A model generated the notes under the pieces. The model ran no database searches, was not told the origin of the DNA, and was given only the letters and a program-made list of their open reading frames with translations. Positions 26,035 through 38,256 of a DNA stretch of 64,000 bases are shown one piece after another. This DNA is from Balanoglossus misakiensis. Taxonomy: Eukaryota > Animalia > Hemichordata. Position numbers and translations under genes: made by a program. How positions within the stretch are numbered: position 1 is the stretch's first letter; each line of letters starts with the position of its first letter. The stretch covers positions 14,980,550 to 15,044,549 of the forward strand of contig CM082579.2 of the NCBI GenBank assembly GCA_040954595.2, written 5' to 3'.

Positions 26035-26824
26035 GGCTGCATTCACAAACACCTCTGGAGAGGGGGGGGGGGGGGCAGGAGAATTGAGCGGGGGGGGATT
26101 TGAAAAATTGAAGGTATGTAAGGGGGGATTTGAAATAATTTAGGGACTGAAAGGGGGGACTTGAAAACTTTGACGACTAAATATTTATTTTGAGTCCACA
26201 AAAATGCAGTTTCGCGCCCTTTATTTTACACCCCCTCCCACACCCACCCCCCTCCATTCATCAACACCTTTCAATCATTAACTGGTTTATCTAGTGTCCC
26301 ATGTCAGGGGACTTGCCCCCACCCCATGATAACTTTGAGCGGCGACGGTTAAATTTATCCTCCCCAACATACTGGTAGTTGAGTTAATTTGCTTTTGCGG
26401 GGTTCATAAAAATGCAGCTTTGAGCTCTGTATTTTATAAAATTTTCTTACGTGGGAGGGGGACACCCCTTCCCACACCCACCCCCTTCAATTCCCGGTTT
26501 ACAATGTCTCCCAACACAGAATACAAATACTTAAAAAATAAAAACCATGTTCAGTTTTAATACCCACTGATGAGGGGAAACATCAGTTTCAAAGTCTTTT
26601 CATGGGAGCGCTGTTTTTCTTTTTTACAAGATAGATAAGTGATGTGTTTTGCTCTGTGAAAGAAAATGGGGGGGGGGGATTTTAAAATTTTGGCAGTTCA
26701 GAAGGGGGTGGGGGATTTGAAAATATTTCGGGTTGTGTACAGGGGGGGGGGGCATGTGAAAATTAGCAGTAAAAAAATTGAATTCTCCCCCCCCCCCCAT
26801 CCAGAGGTGTTTGTGAATGGAGCC
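26035..26824. mobile_element. PIF/Harbinger-type MITE with TAA TSD
   Basis: taa|ggctgcattcacaaacacctctgg ... ccagaggtgtttgtgaatggagcc|taa; empty site gggagttcataagctaaa is present in the paralogous copy at about 33331-33348. Confidence 0.92.
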
Positions 26825-27258
26825 TAAGCTAAAGCTAAAGTGATAATGGGTCATAACAGACAAAATAACAAAATGTGAAAAACATTTAATGAGTTTAATA
26901 TGCTAACTACGGAGACAGACATGTTTGACCAAAGCATGAAATACACAAAATGTATCATTTCTTCCACCTCTTACTACAGTGGGTTGTAGACTTTTCGCCC
27001 AGAATGCAATGTGATTTGACCCCCTAGCGCAAAGTGAAAACCTATTTAAGGCAGCCAGAATTTTCTGCATAGTATGACGGAAACATTTGTAAAGTCATGG
27101 CTAGCGTGGGCTGGTAAGTTTATATGGGGCTCTCCATGATAACCAGTTGTGGCTTAATACCACCACCATAATTTTGAAAGGGCGACTTCACTATTTGATG
27201 GGAAAAAGTAGCCTTTACAAACAAGCTATGGAGCATGTATACAGCAAGTTGTGCTTAC

Positions 27259-27331
27259 CGGAAAGCGGTCTTGGATCAGGCCTGGGTATTCTCTTCCTCC
27301 TCCGGCATACGTTGAAATGCTGTGTTTAAGA
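27259..27331 (-). other. candidate micro-exon type A, copy 1 (73 nt)
   Basis: minus strand tttgattcacag|tcttaaacac...ctttccg|gtaagcac; splice sites conserved in the copy at 33996-34068. Confidence 0.6.
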
Positions 27332-28508
27332 CTGTGAATCAAATATATGCTTATCAATTAGTAACCAATCAACCTTGCTTTAGAATTATTTGGGCCATAC
27401 TAATTAGTGAAAATATGCAAAACATGGTATAATATAGGGTCAGACTGTGCTGCGATAATGTACGTGGAATACGAATCAGAGAAATCTGTAACAGCGATCT
27501 TGAAACTCCATTTACATCAGTACTGCAGTAAAGTGGTCCACATGGGTATACCTCAAACATGGCAGTTAGGTGACAAGTGAAACTGACATCATATCTGTAA
27601 ACGACAGGTGTACACACACTTTGACATCTACGTAACACTGTACAATGATTTCTTAATGTTTGTTGTGAAAATGAAACTTACATTTGATCCACCTCACTTT
27701 TCATACAACTGGTTAGCGCAAGAATGTAAATTGTTGGCAATTATAAAACATTTATTTTACTATAGAAAAGTAAGCCTTTACATTTAAACTTTGAATATCA
27801 GTATACTAAAATGTTTCAAACGTGGCTGTCAGTATATCTCATGGCATGGTGGCAGAAGTACATGTTGTTACCAGGGAAGACACATTGAACATAGACAAGC
27901 GCACTAGTCGCTTGGTGATTTTTCATCTAGATTCTCAAAACTTTCTGTGCATTTGGTAGCTTTGAGCAAGTTTCTGGTACTGAGCTGAGTTTCGAATTTG
28001 GAACTGGGCTGCTTTGGCTTTGATTACCATGGGCCAATATGATCTTATGCACACATTTTTGAAAAAAACTCCAGCCTGTTTGTGTCGTGATCTATATTTT
28101 TCTTTGTGGCCTAAGGTATTGTTTTATTTCACTATAAACAACATTACTTTCCTTCATGTGTCTATATATAATAATAGATCTCTTAGCCAGTTTGATGAAG
28201 CATAGTGTTGGACTAGCACACTTTCAGCCAAAATTACGGTATCTCCCCGTGTATTGGTATGGGAGTAATTTCTAGCTATATGGTTAAGGAAATGCATCCA
28301 AATTTAATTTATGCTTCACATGAAGATTTGAACTTGACCATTTAATTCATGTCATCACGATCATATCACAGGCAACCGAGGCTAGAATTCGAAGGAAAAA
28401 AGTATTGATAACTGGAAGGTGTAAATTAGTTCGTAGACATACATTGTTTCCTATTGTTTCGGTTGTGCCACGCCCGATAGAAGCAAATATACAGCAAGTC
28501 ATGCTTAC

Positions 28509-28583
28509 CATTGAGCGGTCTTAAACTCGCCCCCGACGAGGAAGAGAATCCCGAGTTGAAATGCAGACAATTTCAGGCAGCAT
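28509..28583 (-). other. candidate micro-exon type B, copy 1 (75 nt)
   Basis: minus strand tttgattcacag|atgctgcc...ctcaatg|gtaagcat; conserved at 34996-35070. Confidence 0.6.
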
Positions 28584-30799
28584 CTGTGAATCAAATAGAT
28601 ATAGAAGTTAGTAACCAGTCATAGTAGCTCTAAGTTGGGTGTAAAAGTCTAAGTTGGGTGTACTAACTCTCCTTGTTAACAGTAACTTTCAAAGAAACTG
28701 AGCAATTGGTTAAAAAGATTTGCTATCCAAAAACAAAGAAATTTACAACAAACTACCTAAATATTGACAACCAGAATTTAATCAAAGTTGCACATACATG
28801 TACATGTGTTATGAAATTGTTAACTAACTTCCAAAGCAATCAGGAACCAGATATTAACTGAATATGCTCACGTGCAGTACTGTGATTGGTTGACAGAATA
28901 ACAAGATTAGAAAAACCAGTTTTAAACCATTTTGGTTTATAGTGTATATGGTGTAAGGGTTGTGTGTTGCACCATTGTGAAATGTAAACATGTTTGTGGA
29001 ATTGTTGCCTTGTCAATTTTTGTAAGGGGTTATGAGTCATGTACCCCATCCTGAACTGCATAAAAATAATAAGTCTATGGAATTCTAAAACTCTTTGATC
29101 AAAAATGGCAAGAAATATACCAAAAAGTATGAATATTTCACCAGATTTCAACAAATCTGATTTCTGTTCATGCCTAAGAACCTCTTTAACAAGTTTCAAT
29201 AAGGTAGACATTTTGGCAAACAACAGGAAATTCAGACAAATCTGACTGATATCACATATATGAATTCCCATTCAAAGTTTCCAACCAATTGGACTTGTGG
29301 TATTACCGAAGACTATTTGGCCAAACCCTGCAGAAATTCCCAAAAAATACAATTATGCAAATTTCATTACAATTTGATCATATCTGACTGAGATCACCCC
29401 TAGAAACCCAAATACAAAGTATCAAAACAATTGCACCTACATTTCACAGGATTGGATTTTTTGGCAAAAACAGGAAATATTGCCCAAAAATGCATTTTTG
29501 CAAATTTCACCACCGTTTGCACAAATGTGATTCAGGTAAGCCCTATGAACCTCCATACCAAGTTTCCAATCAATTGGACATGTAATTTCAGAGAAAAATT
29601 TGTTTTAACAAAACTGCAGAAAATTCCCCCAAAAATTCATAAAAAATAGGAAACGCCAGATACTGACTCCACCTGAACAAAATCATACGAGGTCTTCCCA
29701 AAGTACTTGCACACCAATGCACGCCAATTTTTAACTTAATCTGATCCACTGTTATTAAGTTTTTCAATTTTGACTATTTGAACATTTTTCCAGTTAATAC
29801 CAGTATGCATTTTTTCGCAATAACAATTTCTATGTACACACTAAATATCAGTAGTTTCAAGTTTTTGATGTTGATGGACATACACATACATACATCAATA
29901 CATTAAGACGAAACTGATCCATTCACAAAATACATAATTCTGTATGAGGCACACATACAGACGTACATAGCCGACGGACACCAACTTATGCTATAAGCTG
30001 ACATTTATATACATGTTAGCCAAAAACCAAAATCAACCTCAAAATAGACATTAAAATATATTGCACCACCATGAGAAGACAAATTCATTTTTTGACAAAT
30101 TTTCTGGGGCGTCATTGATATAGCATGGCATATTGTCAAAGTACGTAGGCTCTGTGATAAGATTCCATACACACAAAATGGTAACCTTGGAAGTCCAGCT
30201 GACGTAGTTATGCAATGGCGTCTCGTGTATTCCGTCGCCAAAAAATCATCGTAAACTAATTGATAGTCGGGGTCACAATTCAAGACGACTTTCTCTAAAT
30301 TCTTTATGAATGGATTAAATCGAAATCGAAATGTTGACGTATGACGTACGGAATGAGATCTGAACAGACATTCAATGTTATCATTCTCGCTCGATCACAT
30401 ATTGGGTAGGCCATCTAGCAATCGCTATATAGTATTGGCGATAACAGACTGTCTATAAACACACAAAACGGATTTTACTGTTGAGTGTGATCAACCGCCA
30501 TGTTATTTTTCTCTGAACAATAGACAAATAGAAAGCCTGGTGACATTTTGAGATTGACTGCGTGAGGACCACAATATGCGTGAATCATTTACGGTTTGTC
30601 TTGATGAATGGGTCACGTCATAGTCATAACGCGGATTCGGCTGCACGCCAACTATCCGCCATATTGTCTCCACTAACTTACTCGTAAGTAGTTTCAAACT
30701 TCATTTGAAAAGAGTATTCGTCTGACGGTCCTGTAGATTAACAATTTACGCTCTATGAAGCAACTAAACAACGTTAGCTTCCTTGTGGATTCACGTAGG

Positions 30800-31180
30800 G
30801 AAGTTATTCGTAACGACGGGTACAGCGTCTGAGCATGGACAGAACCACGGCAATATCGCCAGGAATGTCTCATTTCACAGCGCCCTCAAACAGTCGATCT
30901 CCTCAAACTATCGTTTCCACTGGTCATATATGCAGCATTAACGAAAGCTCTCATAGACAACCATGTAATAGAAAAATTAAAACTTTAATAACTTCATTAA
31001 TATCAAAGTCACACCCACCAAAACCTTTCCAGTTCTTGCCATATGATATCTGAACCTGTGTACTAAATTTGGTTGAAATCGGTTCAGCGGTTCTTGAGAT
31101 ATCGGGTATACAGACAGACACACACATACACAGACATCGCTAAACTATAAGCTCACGTGATTTTCAGGTGAGCTAAAAAT
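30800..31180 (-). mobile_element. HINE/DINE-1-like element
   Basis: (CAGA/CACA)n microsatellite followed by the agctcacgtgattttcaggtgagctaaaaa terminal hairpin; left boundary approximate. Confidence 0.55.
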
Positions 31181-33995
31181 TGGGTTACCCCTAGGAATAT
31201 TCCTACCATATTTCAAAGCCATCAAAAAAGCAGTTTCAAAGAAAAACCACATTTGTTCAAAAGTGGCAAAAACACAAATATGCAAACATCTCTATAATTG
31301 TACACCATCTTACTTCAATCACTACAAGGAACATTCCTGCCAAAATTCAAAGCAATCTGACAAGGGTTTGAACGGTTTAACAGAAAACAGTTTTTGACAA
31401 AGATTGCAAAAAATATCCCCAATAACACAAGCACGCAGTTTTAACCATTTTTATGACATGTTCCTTGGGTTACCCCTGGGAATCTGCCTACCAAATTGCA
31501 AAGCATTCTGACCATAATTGGCAAAATTGCTCAAAATTATAAATATGCCTATTTTACAACAATCTGAACAAAAAATATGGTAACTCGGACCACCCATAGG
31601 AAGCTTCATACTAAATTTCGAAGGAGTCGGACTATCGCTTTCAGAAGTGAAGATTTTTTTTTACCAATAATGTGGAAAAAGACAAAAAAAATTAATAAAC
31701 ATTAGAAAATTCATAATATTAGCTCACAACATACAGGACTGTATGGGGTTCATTGACATACCAATCTGACCAGTGGTTGTCAAGTTTCTGACTTTTGACC
31801 AATTTCACATTTACACAGGTAATATTTTGGCAATGACAATTTCATTTGAACAAAATCCCATCTACAGCCCCGCCTGCATCTACACACTAAATATGGAAGT
31901 GATATGCCCAGCGGTTTTCATCCATTCACTCATACATACAAATGCAACTGATTCCATAAGGTCCCAATCGTATATATGTACATAAACCAAATGGGACCTA
32001 AAAATTGCTCCAAAATTATAAATACGCAATTTTTGGCAACAATTTAAACAAAACTATGGTTGGTAACTCAGATCACCTATGAAGCTTCATAATAAATTTC
32101 AAACAAGTCAGCTGATCAATTCCAGAAAAGTAGGTTTTTACCGACAATGTGGAAAGAGACAAAAAAAATGCTTAAAAATAGAAAATTCACATTATTAGCT
32201 CACAACATGTAGAATTGTGAGAGGATACCATAAGGTACATGCATACCAATTATCAATTTTGAAAGCAATTTGCCCAGTAGTTGTTGAGTTCCCAAGTTTT
32301 GACGAATTTGACACTTTCCCAGCTAATTTGCATATTTTGGCAATGACAACTTCACTTAGACAAACTCCCATCTACTGCCCCGTCTGCACATTAAATATCA
32401 AGGTGAAATGCCAGTAGTTTCCAAATGTTTGATGTTGATGGACATACAAACATCCATACATACAGGTGCAACTGATCCCGTAAGGTACCATGGTATAAAT
32501 ACATATACCAAATGGGACCTAATAATTCTGATAAAATGCGTACAGACGTACATACATACAAGTCAGCAATAAGGAGACGGGATAGTGGGCTGGCACTGAG
32601 TGTCTATTTCTATTGCAAATTATAAACATGCAGCAAGTGTAAAAACCACATGTACCTTCAACGTCCTTGGACAACACATTTTTGTAACTTTCCCAGATCA
32701 ATGGCTAATATTACTTGCCAAAGGCGACTAGAATTTTGGGGGCCTGATGCAAGTCTGATACATGTACTTCATGATTTAGAGATATGATGAAAATCCTGTC
32801 AACCGAATTACAGGGAAATCAGATTTTCCATGTAAAATCATATCACCCAAAAGTGTCAAAAATAATTTTGAAACAAAAAGTCTACTCAAAATCATACCAA
32901 AATTTAAATGTTAATGCAGTACGTTAGGCAAGCAATTTGAGAATGAAGAAACTTACAAAATAATTTATAAATTGTAAATAATTTACAAATGCCGCACACA
33001 AACTTACAATTACTACCATATTACTGAACATGTTAAAAGGACATTGTACCAGCAGAGACATTGTGATCGAGCAATCCCCAAGATATACATGACATGGTCT
33101 AATTACAAATATTGAATATGTAAAATATGTACACAACACTTCCAGTCTTACAGTACAGTCAGCTGCTTGTGAACAATAGTCATGTAGCTATTTCATCAAA
33201 TTTACAGCCCAAGTCTTGCCTATACAATTCTCCCTACTTTAAACACGTTTTAAGCTACCCTAAATGAGTGATGAAAATCTCATACGGTCGATAATTTCAA
33301 GATGGCCGATTTTTGCCATGTTAAAGAAATGGGAGTTCATAAGCTAAAATGATGATGGGTCATTCTTGAACTTTTTAACAGAAAAAATAGCAAAAGTGAA
33401 AAAAAGTTTAATATGCTAACTACCGAGACAGAAATGTTTGACCGAAGGAAGTCATGAAATACAGTAAACATATCATTTCTTCTATCTCTTACTACAGTTG
33501 GTTATGGACTTTCCGCCCAGAATGCAATGAGATTTGACACCTAGCGCAAAGTGAAAAACCTATTTAAGGCAGCCAGAATTTTCTGCATAGTATGACGGAA
33601 ACATTTGTAAAGTCATGGCTAGCATGGGTTGGCAGGTTTATGGGACCCGCTCAGGTTCCCTCGAATAACACATAATGCATGATTGGTGACTGATTATTGT
33701 TTATTTGTTGATTTTGTCACATTTTCAGAAAAATCCCTATCAATCAGTCATATTTGTTTGGCCTTGCTATACAGCGCAATATGAATCTTGTTGACTGAAA
33801 TTGTTGAGGATAGTGGTACATAAAGGTTACCAATTGGAAAATATTAAAATGATTATTAGTGGTGTCCAACTCTTCATGATAACCAGTTGTGGCTTGCCAC
33901 CACCATAATTTTAAAAGGGTGACTTCACTATTTGATGGGAAAAGGTAGCATTTACAAACAAGCTATGGAGCATGTATACAGCAAGGTGTGCTTAC

Positions 33996-34068
33996 CGGAA
34001 AGCGGTCTTGGATCAGGCCTAGGTATTCTCTTCCTCCTCCGGCATACGTTGAAATGCTGTGTTTAAGA
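33996..34068 (-). other. candidate micro-exon type A, copy 2
   Basis: one substitution relative to 27259-27331; cacag| and |gtaagc intact. Confidence 0.6.
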
Positions 34069-34406
34069 CTGTGAATCAAATATATGCAAATATTAATTAG
34101 TAACCAATCAACCTTGCTTTAGAATTATGTGGGCCATACAAATTAGTGAAAATATGCAAAACATGGTATAATATAGGGTCAGAAAAAATTTCCAGCCTGT
34201 TTGTGTCATGATTTACATTTTTCTTTCTGGCCTAAAGTATTGTTTTATTTCACTCTAAACAACATTACTTTCCTTCATGCGTCTAATATAATAACAGATC
34301 TCTTAGCCAGTTTGATTAAGCATAGTGTTGGACTAGCACACGTTCAGCCAAAGTTAAAGTATCTCCCTGTGTATTGATATGGGAGTAATTTTAGCTATAT
34401 GGTTAA

Positions 34407-34753
34407 AGGGACAAAGTCTCTCTGTCGCTGTCCTTTTTCCATTAATTATGTTTGATACAAGACACTGTTTATGTCAATGTACATTTGGATATATAGTGAA
34501 TAAATGATCAACCACACAAAACTTCCATCCCGCTTGTATGATATGAGAGTAAAAACTCGCCCAAAATGAATAAATGGTAAAGAACGATTATTCATTTTGG
34601 CGAGTATTTTTACTCTCGTGTCTACAAGTGGGACGGAAGTTGTGTGTGGCTGAACGTTCATTCACTATATATCTACATGTAGAATAACAAACGGTGTCTT
34701 GTATCAAATATAATTAATGGAAAAAAGGGCAGCGAGAGAGAGACTTTGTCCCT
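34407..34753. mobile_element. Kolobok-like MITE with TTAA TSD
   Basis: ttaa|agggacaaagtctctct ... agagagactttgtccct|ttaa; empty site atatggttaaggaaatgc in the paralogue at about 28278-28296; family copies at about 55500-55820 and 56457-56747. Confidence 0.92.
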
Positions 34754-34995
34754 TTAAGGAAATGCATCCACATTTATTTTATGCTCCACGTGAAGATTTG
34801 AACTTGTGAGTTGTCCATCTAATTCATGACATCACGATCATATCACAAGCAATCGAGGCCAGAATTCGAAGGGGAAAAAACAGGTACATTGTATTGAAAG
34901 CTGGAATATGTAAATTAGTTCGTAGACATACATTTCTTCCTATTGTTTCGGTTGCAACACCCGATAAAAGCAAATATAAAGCAAGTCATGCTTAC

Positions 34996-35070
34996 CATTG
35001 AGCGGTCTTAAACTCGCCCCGGACAAGGAAGAGAATCCCGAGTTGAAACGCAGACAGTTTCAGGCAGCAT
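34996..35070 (-). other. candidate micro-exon type B, copy 2
   Basis: paralogue of 28509-28583; cacag| and |gtaagc intact. Confidence 0.6.
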
Positions 35071-35272
35071 CTGTGAATCAAATAGACATAGAAGTTAGTA
35101 ACCAGTCATAGAAGCTCTGCGTGGCAGGGCTGCGTGTTAACGGCTATACCATAGCTCCCACTGGTAGCTTATAACAGTCTCAATGGTGCCAAAAATCTCC
35201 CCAACAACAAAACCAACCCTGGTCAGTTTATTCGCTATCGCTTTGCCTTAAAAGTTATACTGTAGTGTGCTC

Positions 35273-35689
35273 CCACAGGGGGCTCCTTCCTCCGCGATTT
35301 TATTGTTTGTTTGTTGTTGTTGATTGGCATAATAAACAAATACATATTTCTTTATTAATAAATATGGTTTGTTGACATGTAAGTGTTAGGGTATATTCAA
35401 CAGTTAGGGTTACTGTTGGCATTTTTTTCGATCCACGGCCCCGGGCATCACTAAGCCACAGGGGGTGGGGGGGGGGGGGGTTTGGGGGGGTGATGCCGGC
35501 CATGGATCGAAAAAATGCCAACACTAATTCTAACCGTTGAATATACCATAACCTGTCAAATATACCCTAATAACCTAACCCTTACATGTCAACAAACCAT
35601 ATTTATTAATAAAGAAATATGTATTTGTTTATTATGCCAATCAACAACAACAAACAAACAATAAAATCGCCTAGGGAGAGCCCCCTGTG
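35273..35689. mobile_element. foldback/palindromic non-autonomous element
   Basis: ~90-bp near-perfect inverted arms (35294-35383 / 35581-35670), inner arms tgttggcatttttttcgatcca / tggatcgaaaaaatgccaaca, outer arms ccacagggggct / agccccctgtgg, G-run spacer. Confidence 0.8.
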
Positions 35690-35943
35690 GTGTTACGGTA
35701 CCACCTGCTCCACAATAACAAAGCTGACTCGAGCCAACGAACGACGTACAATTTACTCGCACGGTGTAATATAACGCACAAATTCCATGCGACTGTGAGT
35801 TTACTGTTTGGTGCTGTAACGCTTCCCAAAGTCAGAATTTCGATGTTGGGGGGACCCTCTCGCCCTACCACGACCAGTTTTTGCGAGAAGGAGTGTACAT
35901 GTACTTGTAAAATAACATTAAATGCCATGCTTACCAGAGAAAC

Positions 35944-35993
35944 GACATCATCAAGCATGGAGGCGACCGGGACCTCCATGCTTGATGAACGTC
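35944..35993 (-). other. perfect hairpin next to a candidate splice donor (possible small-RNA precursor)
   Basis: tcatcaagcatggagg (35948-35963), 9-nt loop, cctccatgcttgatga (35973-35988); minus-strand donor ctg|gtaagcat at 35935/35934. Confidence 0.45.
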
Positions 35994-38256
35994 AAAGCTG
36001 CAATGATTTTTCAAATGCAATGGTCAGCGGTACGAGAACGAGGCACCAGCTGTGCGTCAATTATGCAACTTACTTACTACTCAATCAGAATCCTGCTTCA
36101 ACATGACGTAACACTAATTAGTCAAAGAATGCAATGCAACGTATGTGTGCGGGTGGAGAATGCGCCTCACGTCAATGCAGACACACCAGACACACACACT
36201 GAAATGCAAATTGAGGAATTATGTCACGGTGTTCTTTGGAAGTGCGAATGAATAAAATATTTCGTTTTCTTCAGTGTTTTTGTACTACAAAAAAAATTGC
36301 TAAAAAACGACTAGCAAGCGCTTATGCAATGAAATACAAATAAATATAATTATCGCCAATTGGAAATGGAACGTCAATCCGCATTTGTCAAAAAATAACA
36401 GAAAAGACAAAGGAGCTGAGACGTCCTAAAATAAAAGGAATGACCTCTCTGTTCTGACCTGTATGAGGAAGCCCTATTGTAATACGCAATATGTAGGATC
36501 ATGCTACCATCCGCCATTCTGATTGGACGAGAGATCAATCCATCGATACGAAAGTACTCAATAGAGCACTGCTAAAACTGGCCCCTGAACTAATAGCATG
36601 CAACAGGGAAAACGTGACTAAATAAAAAAAAATATAGCTGATAAATTTACGGACGGCCGGTTTATTTTTTAACTGCTCTATTGGAACTGTTGTCACTGTC
36701 ATGCACGATGCATGTCTTGTCATTGCGCACTCGTGTTAACATTCATCAGAGCGCCTTTCGATCAATTCGTAACGTTTACATTAGACTCGAGTTCATTTTC
36801 GTTATGAAAATGACATTGATATACACAAAGTCGATTACTGATATAAAATAATAGCAATAACCCTAACCATAGATTAGGCTATAGCATTCCGGTATTTTTT
36901 TCAATATCACTCAGGAAGGATTCTATAACAGTCTGTTTTGTATCGGGATGTATAATTTAATATCCATACTACAAAACAAATATCAGCGGTAACTCAGAAA
37001 ATATTGTTGAAAATTTGTTCTCTGTAGGCCTAACCATGGTAAGATAATGCAATGCCGGTAAGTATTTTGGAAGTCAAGGTTGCATTGTATTGTCTGGTGT
37101 TCAAATAATCACAAACATCCCGGAAGACTAAATTCTTTCTGTCAAAACCACTTCTGCAACGACAAGAACTTTCAGGGCAGGCAAAACCATGGCATGAAGA
37201 CGATATGAAGTCGATGAGTTAATGTTATGTTGAACCCGGCCACTTTACGTATCTTAACTATTCACACATTGACCATTCTATAATTCTCTCCCTTTTAATG
37301 TCTTCTTTGTGGTTTGTTTGTAAAAATGTTGCCTGTGTTGAAACTTGACTACTTGTCACTTTTGCCTACCAAGAATAATATGACCAAAAGGGGTGGCATG
37401 AAATTCTAGACTGTAACAAAACTCGATTTCATGACCCAAAGTTTGATTTTATGTGTTTTTGGTTTGGACGTGGCAAAGACATGTAAATTCCGACCACCTA
37501 TACACCATCCATACATGTATGAATCGACATCATTTATTGCACGAGAGACTTCAAGCAAGCATTCCATCATCGCAAAAGGACAAAGAGAGAGCGACTTTGT
37601 CTCTTTAAATTAATTTAGCAAGTTCAAAGTGAATGCCCACATGAAAACCTTTACTCAGCAATTTTTTTTGTAATTAATAAAACTAGGTTTGGTATGTTTT
37701 TGCGCTTGTTTTATTTTCCTTTTGTCTATAAATAGTCGTATATTTTAAAACAGCTAAAATGAGTCAAATGGGGCATTTTTCCATCCCACCTCATCCTAGC
37801 TAAGAGCTTCAGTGCCGGTCACCTCCACAAAATTAATTTACCACGAACAAATTGAAATACAGCCAATCGGAAAAAGTGCGCCACCACATGGTCATTTGAA
37901 GACTTTTATGCTCTCTTCTGGCCGTAAACGCATGTGATCTGGAATAAATCGAACATCGATCGTGTTTTATTTATTTTCACCACCAGCGAAAATCTACGAC
38001 GGCCCAACCGCAGATTATTGCTGCTCCATACAACAACCGGCTTAAACTGTTCTGTGCATGTGTTTTGTGTTCTGGTGGCGTTTGCGGGTCTGAGACGTCA
38101 TTTGTAGAAGGCCCTATTCGTTTTCTACCAATAACTTTTACCAACCATGCTAGAACTATTTCGTTTTCTTTGACGACGCTTGACACTTTTCTTGCTTTGT
38201 TGTTAGTACATGTAGTTTGTTTGTTCGTTACGTCTGTTACTGGGGTTCTTCACTTG

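Larger units (their letters stand above)
23040..28631. repeat. local segmental duplication, copy 1
   Basis: collinear with 31244-35119 (anchors: acatttgttcaaaagtggcaaaaacacaaatatgc; gtaccttcaacgtccttggacaac; gcagccagaattttctgcatagtatgacgg; agtaaccagtcatag), with copy-specific insertions. Confidence 0.9.
31244..35119. repeat. local segmental duplication, copy 2
   Basis: collinear with 23040-28631. Confidence 0.9.

Noticed and set aside
30150-30800. CpG-richer region with TGACGT-like motifs, possible promoter
   Set aside because: No associated exon or TSS evidence in the sequence; such motifs occur by chance.
32655-32728. Possible additional minus-strand exon (ttctag|...gaag|gtacat)
   Set aside because: Stops occur in all three frames, the donor is weak, and the paralogue at about 25385 has an internal deletion; support is insufficient.
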